Below are positions 1-6,364 of a stretch of DNA of 16,144 nucleotides, one piece after another. Source of the stretch: a bacterium (GTDB lineage: Bacteria; Hinthialibacterota; Hinthialibacteria; Hinthialibacterales; Hinthialibacteraceae); assembly GCA_041946805.1 (NCBI GenBank), contig JBHGBC010000140.1:1-16144 (forward strand), read 5' to 3'. Both the position numbers and the translations under genes were made by a program. How positions within the stretch are numbered: the first letter of the stretch is position 1; every line of letters starts with the position of its first letter. The notes under the pieces were generated by a model, which had not been told where the DNA came from, did not search any database, and saw only the letters and a list, made by a program, of their open reading frames with translations.

Positions 1-3
1 CTG

Positions 4-120
4 AAGTTTGGCAATCCGGAAGTCACTCCACCCACACTGATACCATTCAGGCCCGAGAGGTAAAACCCCTGGCGCAAAAGTTTGGCAATCCGGAAGTGCC
101 AGGGGTAAAATCCCAGGCGC
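4..120 (+). repeat. Two exact 20-bp direct repeats alternating with two degenerate REP-like hairpins
   Basis: AAGTTTGGCAATCCGGAAGT at 4-23 and 78-97. Hairpins GCCCGAGAGGTAAAACCCCTGGC (51-73) and GCCAGGGGTAAAATCCCAGGC (98-118) are variants of the perfect GCCAGGGG-TAAAA-CCCCTGGC at 10331-10351. Confidence 0.75.
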
Positions 121-160
121 ATCTTCCCCCTCTCCCTGAGTAAGAAGCCGTTTTGGGACG

Positions 161-188
161 TTGACATGACCGCGAAAATCATTATAAT
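161..188 (+). promoter_or_regulatory. Sigma70-type promoter of tRNA-Val/thrS
   Basis: Perfect TTGACA (161-166) and TATAAT (183-188) with a 16-bp spacer, typical of stable-RNA promoters. The -10 ends about 21 nt upstream of the tRNA. Confidence 0.85.
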
Positions 189-209
189 TTTCACCTGCTT
201 CGAAATCGT

Positions 210-286
210 GGGTCCTTAGCTCAGCTGGTTAGAGTGCTTGCTTGACATGCAAGAGGTCACTGGTTCAAGTCCAGTAGGACCCACCA
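210..286 (+). tRNA. tRNA-Val(GAC)
   Basis: Acceptor stem GGGTCCT/AGGACCC, D-arm TAGCTCAGCTGGTTAGAG, anticodon stem CTTGC/GCAAG with loop TTGACAT (GAC at 244-246), T-arm ACTGG-TTCAAGT-CCAGT, discriminator A and encoded CCA (284-286); 77 nt. Confidence 0.97.
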
Positions 287-351
287 TTGACTCCGGTGCC
301 ATCCCCGGTTAGCCAAGGAACGCAATCGGGATTTCATTTTTGGATCAATCC

Positions 352-380
352 AAAAAGGAGACCTTATTGGTCTCTTTTTT
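352..380 (+). terminator. Intrinsic terminator-like hairpin between tRNA-Val and thrS
   Basis: AAAAAG-GAGACC-TTATT-GGTCTC-TTTTTT: a 6-bp stem, extendable by A/T pairs, followed by a T6 tract. Confidence 0.65.
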
Positions 381-403
381 CATAACTTGGATCGAGAATT
401 CGC

Positions 404-2341
404 ATGCCGGTTTCCAGTTCCACCGACCACATAGCCGTACGGGTCCCCGGCCGGGATGAACCCCTCCAGGTCGCGCCGGGCACCACGCCGTTGGAGATTC
501 TAAGTGCCATTCCCGGTCATCCGGATGGGATTATCGCGGCCAAATTCAACGGGACGGCCGTGGATTTGAATCGCCCCTTGACCGAGGACGGCGGTTTGGA
601 GTGGATCACCGCCGAGGATCCCGCAGGCCGGGAAATCTGTTTCCACAGCACCACCCACCTCATGGCGCAAGCGGTCACCGAACTGTTTCCCAACGTCAAA
701 CTGGCGATCGGGCCGCCGATCGAGGAAGGGTATTATTACGACTTCGGCGTGGACCGGCCCTTCACCCCGGAAGACCTGGAAAAAATCGAACAACGCATGC
801 GCGAACGCTCGCAAGACCGCATTCCGGTCGAGCGTTTCACCATGCGCCGGGATGAAGCCATCGCGTATTACAAGCAGCGGCGCCAGGATTACAAGGTCGA
901 AATTCTGGAGGAAATCGAGGATCCCGAAGTCAGCTTCTACCGGCAGGGCGATTTCACCGACATGTGCCGGGGGCCCCATGTGCCCGATACGGGGTGTCTC
1001 AAGCATTTCAAACTCCTAAGCATCGCCGGGGCCTACTGGCGCGGAGACGAACGCCGGCCCATGCTGCAGCGCATTTACGGCACGGCAGCCGCCAATCCGG
1101 AGCAGCTGCAAGCGTTTCTCGATAAAATCGAAGAGGCCAAGGAACGCGATCACCGCAAACTGGGCAAGGAACTCGACCTCTTCAGCCTGCACGAGGAAGC
1201 CGGTCCCGGCCTGGTGTTCTGGCATCCCCACGGCGCCCGCATCCGCAACGTCATCGAGAATTTCTGGCGGGATGAACATATCAAAAACGGGTATGAACTG
1301 GTCTATATTCCCCATATTTTGCGGGAAGATCTCTTCATCCGGTCCGGCCACCTGGAAAATTACAAGGAAAACATGTACGCCCCCATGCCCATCGACGGCA
1401 TCGATTACTACGCCAAGCCGATGAACTGCCCGGGGCATATCTTGATCTTCAAAACCCAGATGCGCAGCTACCGGGACCTGCCTGTCCGCTACGCCGAACT
1501 GGGCACCGTCTACCGCTACGAACGCTCCGGCACCTTGCACGGCCTCCTGCGGGTGCGCGGCTTCACTCAGGACGACGCCCATATCTTTTGCCGGCCCGAC
1601 CAGCTGGAAGAGGAAATCTCCGGCGTCATCCGCCTGGCCGATTTCATGATGAAATCGTTCGGCTTCGAGTATGAGATGTACCTGGCGACCCGGCCGGAGA
1701 AGTCCATGGGATCCGACGAACTCTGGGAGCACGCGACCGGTACGCTCCGCGCCTGTCTGGAGAAGACCGGCAAGCCCTACCAGATCGATGAGGGCGGCGG
1801 CGTCTTTTATGGCCCTAAAATCGACGTCAAACTGCTGGACGCCTTAGGCCGCACCTGGCAGGGCCCCACCTTCCAACTTGACTTTAATTTGCCGGAACGC
1901 TTCGATGTCAATTACATCGACAGCGACGGTTCGAAAAAACAGGTGGTGATGATCCACCGCACCGTGCTCGGTTCCATGGAACGCTTCCTGGGCAATCTGA
2001 TCGAGCACTACAAGGGCGCGTTTCCCATGTGGCTGGCCCCCGTCCAAGTGCGGATCCTCACCATCACCGATGATCAACTGCCCTACGCGCGGGAACTGGA
2101 TGAACGCCTGCGGGCCGCCTCCATCCGCTGCGAGGTGGATGACCGCAACGAGAAAATCGGGTATAAGATCCGGGAAGCCGAGGCGTTGAAAGTACCCGTG
2201 ATGCTGGTGGCCGGCAAACGGGAAGCCGCGGAAGGGACTGTTTCGGTCCGGGAACGCGGCCGCCGCGATTTGGGAACCCTGAGTTGGGCTGAAGCCCTGG
2301 ACTATATTGTAAATTTATCCAAAATTCCCACGAGGAATTGA
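404..2341 (+). CDS. thrS: Threonine--tRNA ligase
   Basis: 645 aa with an N-terminal TGS domain, editing motifs HSTTHLMAQA and DMCRGPHV, RDHRKLGKELDLF, KPMNCPGH, YRYERSG..HGLLRVRGFTQDDAHIFC, FYGPKID, MIHRTVLGSMERF and a C-terminal anticodon-binding domain. Canonical position before infC. Confidence 0.99.
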   Translation: MPVSSSTDHIAVRVPGRDEPLQVAPGTTPLEILSAIPGHPDGIIAAKFNGTAVDLNRPLTEDGGLEWITAEDPAGREICFHSTTHLMAQAVTELFPNVKLAIGPPIEEGYYYDFGVDRPFTPEDLEKIEQRMRERSQDRIPVERFTMRRDEAIAYYKQRRQDYKVEILEEIEDPEVSFYRQGDFTDMCRGPHVPDTGCLKHFKLLSIAGAYWRGDERRPMLQRIYGTAAANPEQLQAFLDKIEEAKERDHRKLGKELDLFSLHEEAGPGLVFWHPHGARIRNVIENFWRDEHIKNGYELVYIPHILREDLFIRSGHLENYKENMYAPMPIDGIDYYAKPMNCPGHILIFKTQMRSYRDLPVRYAELGTVYRYERSGTLHGLLRVRGFTQDDAHIFCRPDQLEEEISGVIRLADFMMKSFGFEYEMYLATRPEKSMGSDELWEHATGTLRACLEKTGKPYQIDEGGGVFYGPKIDVKLLDALGRTWQGPTFQLDFNLPERFDVNYIDSDGSKKQVVMIHRTVLGSMERFLGNLIEHYKGAFPMWLAPVQVRILTITDDQLPYARELDERLRAASIRCEVDDRNEKIGYKIREAEALKVPVMLVAGKREAAEGTVSVRERGRRDLGTLSWAEALDYIVNLSKIPTRN

Positions 2342-2383
2342 AAATACGAGACCGCCTTTGGTCTGAGGGGAGCGTGATTTTCG

Positions 2384-3109
2384 ATTAGAAGACAAATCAA
2401 GGTAAAGCGTGAAGCTCCACGCGAATTGGCCCGTATCAATGAGGCGATCCGGGAACGGGAAGTCCGCCTCATTGACGAAAAGGGAGAGCACTCCGGTATC
2501 GTTCCGATCGAGGAAGCGTTACGGAAAGCGCAGGCGGCGAATTTGGATTTGGTCGAAGTGAGCAACAAATCCAAACCGCACGTCTGCCGTGTCATGGATT
2601 ATGGCCAATACAAGTACGAACTGGCCAAAAAACAAAAAGAGGCCAAAAAGAAGCAAAAACAGATCGTCGTCAAAGAGATCAAAATGCGGCCTCGCATTGA
2701 CCAGCATGACTACGACTTCAAACTGAACCACGCCCTGAAATTTTTGGAACATGGTGACAAGGTGAAGATCATCATGCAATTCCGCGGGCGTGAAATGGCT
2801 CACAAAGACCTCGGGCGCGTGGTGATGGACCGCGTCATCGCCGATCTCAACCACCTGGCCCTGGTGGAGCAGGAACCCCGGATCGAGGGACGGTTCATGA
2901 ACATGACCCTCTCCCCCCTCCCGGCCGCGCAGCGGAAGAAAAAAGAGGGCCACCGGCCGATTTCCGAGACGGGGCCCGCTGAACCGCTCCCGGAAGACCT
3001 CCCGGTGGATTTGGAAGGTGACGAGGAAGCGGACGGCGGCGGATTCGACTTGGATGAGTCTGTAATCGTGGAATCGACATGGGACGAAGACCCATCGGAT
3101 AACGAATAA
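2384..3109 (+). CDS. infC: Translation initiation factor IF-3, probable ATT start, acidic C-terminal extension
   Basis: RINEAIR..EVRLID, LDLVEV, VCRVMDYGQYKYE, VKEIKMRPRIDQHDYDFKL, GDKVKIIMQFRGRE. The frame is open upstream of the TTG at 2426 to an in-frame ATT at 2384, preceded by SD-like GAGGGGAGCGTGA; an in-frame stop lies at 2375-2377. The start position is inferred. Confidence 0.95.
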   Translation: MRRQIKVKREAPRELARINEAIREREVRLIDEKGEHSGIVPIEEALRKAQAANLDLVEVSNKSKPHVCRVMDYGQYKYELAKKQKEAKKKQKQIVVKEIKMRPRIDQHDYDFKLNHALKFLEHGDKVKIIMQFRGREMAHKDLGRVVMDRVIADLNHLALVEQEPRIEGRFMNMTLSPLPAAQRKKKEGHRPISETGPAEPLPEDLPVDLEGDEEADGGGFDLDESVIVESTWDEDPSDNE

Positions 3110-3121
3110 GGAACCAGGGAC

Positions 3122-3325
3122 ATGGCATCAGGTACCAAAATGAAATCCAACCGCGGGGCCGCCAAACGGTTCCGTCCCACCAAAAACGGGAAATTCAAAC
3201 GCGAGCGGGCGTATCTCAGCCACCTGCGCCGGCGCAAAACCGCTAAGCAAAAACGCCGCCTGCGCCAGCAAACCATGGTCAGCCGCAACGATACCAAGCG
3301 CGTCCGCCGCTTGTTGGCGATGTAG
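3122..3325 (+). CDS. rpmI: 50S ribosomal protein L35
   Basis: KMKSNRGAAKRFRPTKNGKFKR..AYLSHL..KT.KQKRRLR; 67 aa, between infC and rplT. Confidence 0.97.
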   Translation: MASGTKMKSNRGAAKRFRPTKNGKFKRERAYLSHLRRRKTAKQKRRLRQQTMVSRNDTKRVRRLLAM

Positions 3326-3354
3326 CCGAATCACCAAGGAAAGGGTAAGCGATC

Positions 3355-3702
3355 ATGCCAAGAGCGATCAACCAAGCCGCCTCTCGGGCCCGGCGGAAAA
3401 AAATCCTGAAATTGGCCAAAGGCGCGCGCCTGGGACGCCGCAACCAGATCCGGGCCGCCCGCCATGGCGTCCATAAGGCCCTGCAATACGCCTACCGCGA
3501 CCGCCGCAACCGCAAGCGCGAATTCCGCCGCCTGTGGATCACCCGCATCGGCGCGGCGGCCAAGCAGGAAGGTCTCTCCTACAGCGTTCTGATCGGCGGA
3601 TTGAGCCGGGCGGGCATCGTCATCGACCGCAAGCACCTGGCCCATCTCGCCGTCAACGATCCCGGCGCGTTTCACGAATTGGTGCAAATCGCGCGCGGAT
3701 AA
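3355..3702 (+). CDS. rplT: 50S ribosomal protein L20
   Basis: [60 protein letters not shown]. Confidence 0.98.
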   Translation: MPRAINQAASRARRKKILKLAKGARLGRRNQIRAARHGVHKALQYAYRDRRNRKREFRRLWITRIGAAAKQEGLSYSVLIGGLSRAGIVIDRKHLAHLAVNDPGAFHELVQIARG

Positions 3703-3742
3703 TCGCGAATTACAATTTTCGGTTTTTTTAAAGATGATCGCT

Positions 3743-3771
3743 TGCCGCGCCGGGTTCGCGGCGTATTTTTT
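3743..3771 (+). terminator. Intrinsic terminator after rplT
   Basis: TGCCGCG-CCGGGTT-CGCGGCG stem-loop followed by TATTTTTT, 40 nt after the rplT stop. Confidence 0.75.
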
Positions 3772-3845
3772 GGGGTTCATCCGATAAGCGCGTTCCTGTT
3801 TCCGAATGCATGGCCGGATATCGACTGGACGGGTGGATGAGAGCC

Positions 3846-3980
3846 ACCCGCAATCCCCTCTCCCTCTGGGTGAGGGCCACCCCCTCTTCCTCTGGAAGAG
3901 GGCTACCCTAAATCCCCTCTCCCTCTAGGAGAGGAACACCCTAAATCCTCTCTCCCTCTGGGAGAGGGCCAGGGTGAGGG
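3846..3980 (+). repeat. Tandem array of four triplex-type (BoxC-like) hairpin units
   Basis: Units start at 3846, 3879, 3905 and 3938, each ACCC(..AAT)-CCCTCTCCC-like arm-TCT-GGGAGAGGG-like arm. Only the last unit carries the third arm CCA-GGGTGAGGG (3969-3980). Confidence 0.85.
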
Positions 3981-3989
3981 AAAACCCTG

Positions 3990-4035
3990 AAAGGGCGTGA
4001 ACCAAGGTACGCTTTTCCCGGTTCATCCCTTTTTT
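3990..4035 (+). terminator. Terminator/attenuator-like hairpin immediately upstream of pheS
   Basis: AAAGGG-C-GTGAACC (3990-4003) pairs with GGTTCATCCCTTT (4020-4032) and runs into a T6 tract (4030-4035). The pheS ATG lies 16 nt downstream. Confidence 0.45.
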
Positions 4036-4051
4036 AACCTGGAACACCATC

Positions 4052-5095
4052 ATGACCGACCTTCCCGGCCTTCGCCACGAACTCGAAGCCGCCCAGGCCC
4101 AGGCGCTCGCCGATTTCCAGCGCGTGGATACTCCCCAGGCTTTGTACGAAATCCGGACCCAATACCTGGGGAAAAAGGGCAAAGTGAAAGCGATCCTCAA
4201 GGGCCTTGGCGCCTTGTCTCCCGAGGAACGCCCCGCCGCCGGCCAACTGGCCAACCAGGTGGCGGACGCGCTCGAGGATGCGTACCAACGGCGGCTGGCG
4301 GAGTTGAAAGCGCTGGAGGCCCAACGCCGGATGGAAGCCGACGTGGCCGATATCACCCTGCCCGGCGCCGGCGCCCGCCGCGGCGCGGTCCACCCCCTGA
4401 TCCGCGTGCAACTCGAACTCGAGAATCTGTTTTATTCCATGGGTTATGACATTGCCGATGGGCCGGAAATCGAACTGGAACACTACAACTTCGAAGCCCT
4501 CAATTTCCCGCCCGACCACCCCGCCCGGGACATGCAAGACACCTTTTTCATGAAAAGCGGCCACGTGCTGCGAACCCACACCTCGCCGGTGCAGATCCGC
4601 TACATGGAAAAACACACCCCGCCGCTGCGCATGATCGCCCCCGGCCGCGTGTACCGCTGCGATTCGGACATCACCCACTCGCCCATGTTCCATCAGATCG
4701 AGGGGCTGGTGGTCGATACGGATATTTCCTTCCGGGACCTGCGGGGCACCCTGGAACAGCTCGTCCACCATGTCTTCTCGCCCGATATCGGCGCCCGCTT
4801 CCGTCCTTCCTTCTTCCCCTTCACCGAGCCGAGCGCGGAGGTGGACATCGAATGCTTCGCTTGCCGGGGACGCGAAACCCAATGCCGGGTCTGCAAGGGT
4901 ACCGGCTGGATCGAGGTCCTGGGCTGCGGCATGGTCAACCCCAACGTCTTCCGCGCGGTGGGCTACGATCCGGAACGCTATACGGGCTTCGCGTTCGGCC
5001 TGGGGATCGAGCGTTTCGCCATGCTCAAGTATCGAATCAACGACATCCGCCTGTTCTTCGAGAACGACATCCGGATGTTGAAGCAATTCCGGTAA
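4052..5095 (+). CDS. pheS: Phenylalanine--tRNA ligase alpha subunit
   Basis: YLGKKG, G.VHPL, YNFEALNFPPDHPARDMQDTFF, LRTHTSPVQIR, PGRVYRCDSDITHSPMFHQIEG, RFRPSFFPFTEPSAEVD, CxxC..CxxC insert, WIEVLGCGMV, GFAFGLGIERFAMLKY.INDIRLFFEND.R.L.QF. Confidence 0.99.
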   Translation: MTDLPGLRHELEAAQAQALADFQRVDTPQALYEIRTQYLGKKGKVKAILKGLGALSPEERPAAGQLANQVADALEDAYQRRLAELKALEAQRRMEADVADITLPGAGARRGAVHPLIRVQLELENLFYSMGYDIADGPEIELEHYNFEALNFPPDHPARDMQDTFFMKSGHVLRTHTSPVQIRYMEKHTPPLRMIAPGRVYRCDSDITHSPMFHQIEGLVVDTDISFRDLRGTLEQLVHHVFSPDIGARFRPSFFPFTEPSAEVDIECFACRGRETQCRVCKGTGWIEVLGCGMVNPNVFRAVGYDPERYTGFAFGLGIERFAMLKYRINDIRLFFENDIRMLKQFR

Positions 5096-5582
5096 GCCGC
5101 GCCGCGTGACCGGTTATTCACGGCGGTTTTTCAGGTAACAAAGAAACCTATAGCCGCAATTCCCATAGAGAAGCAGCAAAACGAACCCTTCAAACCCGTC
5201 CTGGAATAATTCGGTGATTTTGTCAAATATCAGAAAGTGAAACAGCAAAACCGTCATCGCAAAAAACAATATTCCCGATATTAACATATCATAATTTTTA
5301 AATATCCAATTCGGCTGAATTTCTCTTCCGAGTAGATTCCGGAAAAACAAATACACGCTGTATTCCGAAATATACAGAAGCAGCAGGATGAACAGGATGA
5401 ATCCCACGCCGCTTATCGCCATATAGGTGTAAGGGTAGAGGGGTTGGTCCATGGGTCTTCTCCCCTAAAAATACTTAAATCATTTATTTTTGGATATGGA
5501 TTAGAAATAAAATTTTTCAAAAAAGCAAGTGAACCGGGATCAATCGATGCCGGTTGGTTCGGTAAGCCGCGCCGCGTGGCCG
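5090..5582. mobile_element. Putative AT-rich mini-island bounded by 23-bp direct repeats at the pheS 3' end
   Basis: CGGTAAGCCGCGCCGCGTG(A/G)CCG at 5090-5112 and 5560-5582 (first 19 bp exact, 22/23 overall). The interior is AT-rich (21/60 GC at 5221-5280, 12/60 at 5461-5520) versus 46/60 at 4321-4380 in pheS. No integrase is present. Confidence 0.6.
5114..5452 (-). CDS. Small hypothetical membrane protein (about 3 hydrophobic segments)
   Basis: 112-aa ORF with SD AGGGGAG about 7 nt before the ATG. Hydrophobic stretches GVGFILFILLLLYI, LISGILFFAMTVLLFHFLIF and FVLLLLYG. It fills the AT-rich islet. Confidence 0.7.
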   Translation of the reverse strand: MDQPLYPYTYMAISGVGFILFILLLLYISEYSVYLFFRNLLGREIQPNWIFKNYDMLISGILFFAMTVLLFHFLIFDKITELFQDGFEGFVLLLLYGNCGYRFLCYLKNRRE

Positions 5583-5633
5583 TTCGTCATTTTCTGGCAG
5601 TGATGTATTCGATTGCCGAGAAAAAATGATATT

Positions 5634-5694
5634 CGCCCTTTCAGGGCTTCCCTCACACGAACCCTCTCCCAGAGGGAGAGGGCCAGGGTGAGGG
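5634..5694 (+). repeat. REP-like hairpin plus triplex-type element
   Basis: CGCCCTTTCAGGG (5634-5646) is the reverse complement of CCCTGAAAGGGCG at 3985-3997. CCCTCTCCC-AGA-GGGAGAGGG-CCA-GGGTGAGGG lies at 5662-5694, with an extra CCCTCAC arm at 5650-5656. Confidence 0.85.
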
Positions 5695-5821
5695 AAAATA
5701 TATAACTAAAATGGCAACCCTGTGGTTGTCAGAAAAACCTGGATTCTGACCGGGAGGGCGAGGCTCCTGCAGCACCGCGTGTTTTCGATACGCCCCATCC
5801 TTATCGCGGCTCACATCCCGA

Positions 5822-5999
5822 CAATCCCGGAGGGATTGAATATGAATAGCCGGGGGTGACAACCCCCGGTACCGTTCGAACGAGAACGACCCTGCCGGGG
5901 TCGAATGGGTTATTCAACCCCGGCGGGGTTGGTATTCCTTGTTTACGAAACCGTAGGCTGCCGCCTACGGCTATTCATATGCATCCCCTGGAGGGGATG
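5822..5999. repeat. REPIN/MITE-like nested inverted repeat made of six small hairpins
   Basis: Hairpins at 5822-5838, 5850-5869, 5887-5903, 5915-5931, 5951-5970 and 5982-5999 are arranged symmetrically. The linker ATATGAATAGCCG (5840-5852) is exactly inverted at 5968-5980 (CGGCTATTCATAT). Confidence 0.8.
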
Positions 6000-6071
6000 G
6001 ATTTCATTTCAATCCTGGGCATTCAACCCTTTGCAACCTGGCACGAAAACGGCAACCTTCCTTCTCTCCTC

Positions 6072-6104
6072 CCCTCTCCCTCTGGGAGAGGGCCAGAGTG
6101 AGGG
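6072..6104 (+). repeat. Triplex-type element
   Basis: CCCTCTCCC-TCT-GGGAGAGGG-CCA-GAGTGAGGG. Confidence 0.85.
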
Positions 6105-6209
6105 AAGCCTTGTAAGGGAGCATTGTAGATGGACCACGCGGCCCGCCGCGGTCTGCCGCCGCGCCATGTGTTGAAATGGGATGAGGGAGATGGTGAGATT
6201 TTCACGAGT

Positions 6210-6243
6210 CGCAGGGTGGGCTCAAAGCGCAGCGTTGCCCACC
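6210..6243 (+). repeat. GTAG-family REP-like palindrome (GCAG variant)
   Basis: CGCAG-G-GTGGGC-TCAAAGCGCAGCGTT-GCCCACC; GGTGGGC (6215-6221) pairs with GCCCACC (6237-6243). It resembles GTAG-tagged REP sequences. Single copy in the window. Confidence 0.5.
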
Positions 6244-6276
6244 AACATGAACTTTTCCCCCCCCATGACAACGCGA

Positions 6277-6306
6277 AGAAGCCCCGGATTTTACTCCGGG
6301 GCTTCT
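6277..6306 (-). terminator. Probable terminator of the isomerase gene
   Basis: Perfect 12-bp stem AGAAGCCCCGGA/TCCGGGGCTTCT with a 6-nt loop, about 60 nt past the stop at 6365. The U-tail is weak. Confidence 0.55.
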
Positions 6307-6364
6307 CACGGGTGTGATCATTTTCGTCCGCTTCATGCCGGACTTCATGCCGGGGCGGTAAGGC

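Noticed and set aside
4..97. Possible CRISPR array
   Set aside because: Only two 20-bp repeats; the 54-bp spacer contains a dispersed repeat hairpin; no cas genes in the window.
287..336. Integration scar at the tRNA-Val 3' end
   Set aside because: No second copy of the tRNA 3' end was seen in the window, and the tRNA-Val/thrS adjacency is intact.
3846..3980. Possible CRISPR array or T-box leader before pheS
   Set aside because: Units are degenerate and directly abutting with no unique spacers, and no T-box consensus (AAGGTGGTACCGCG-like) is present.
5528..5566. Integron attC site at the islet boundary
   Set aside because: A hairpin exists, but canonical RYYYAAC and GTTRRRY ends and L-box geometry are not met, and there is no intI in the window.
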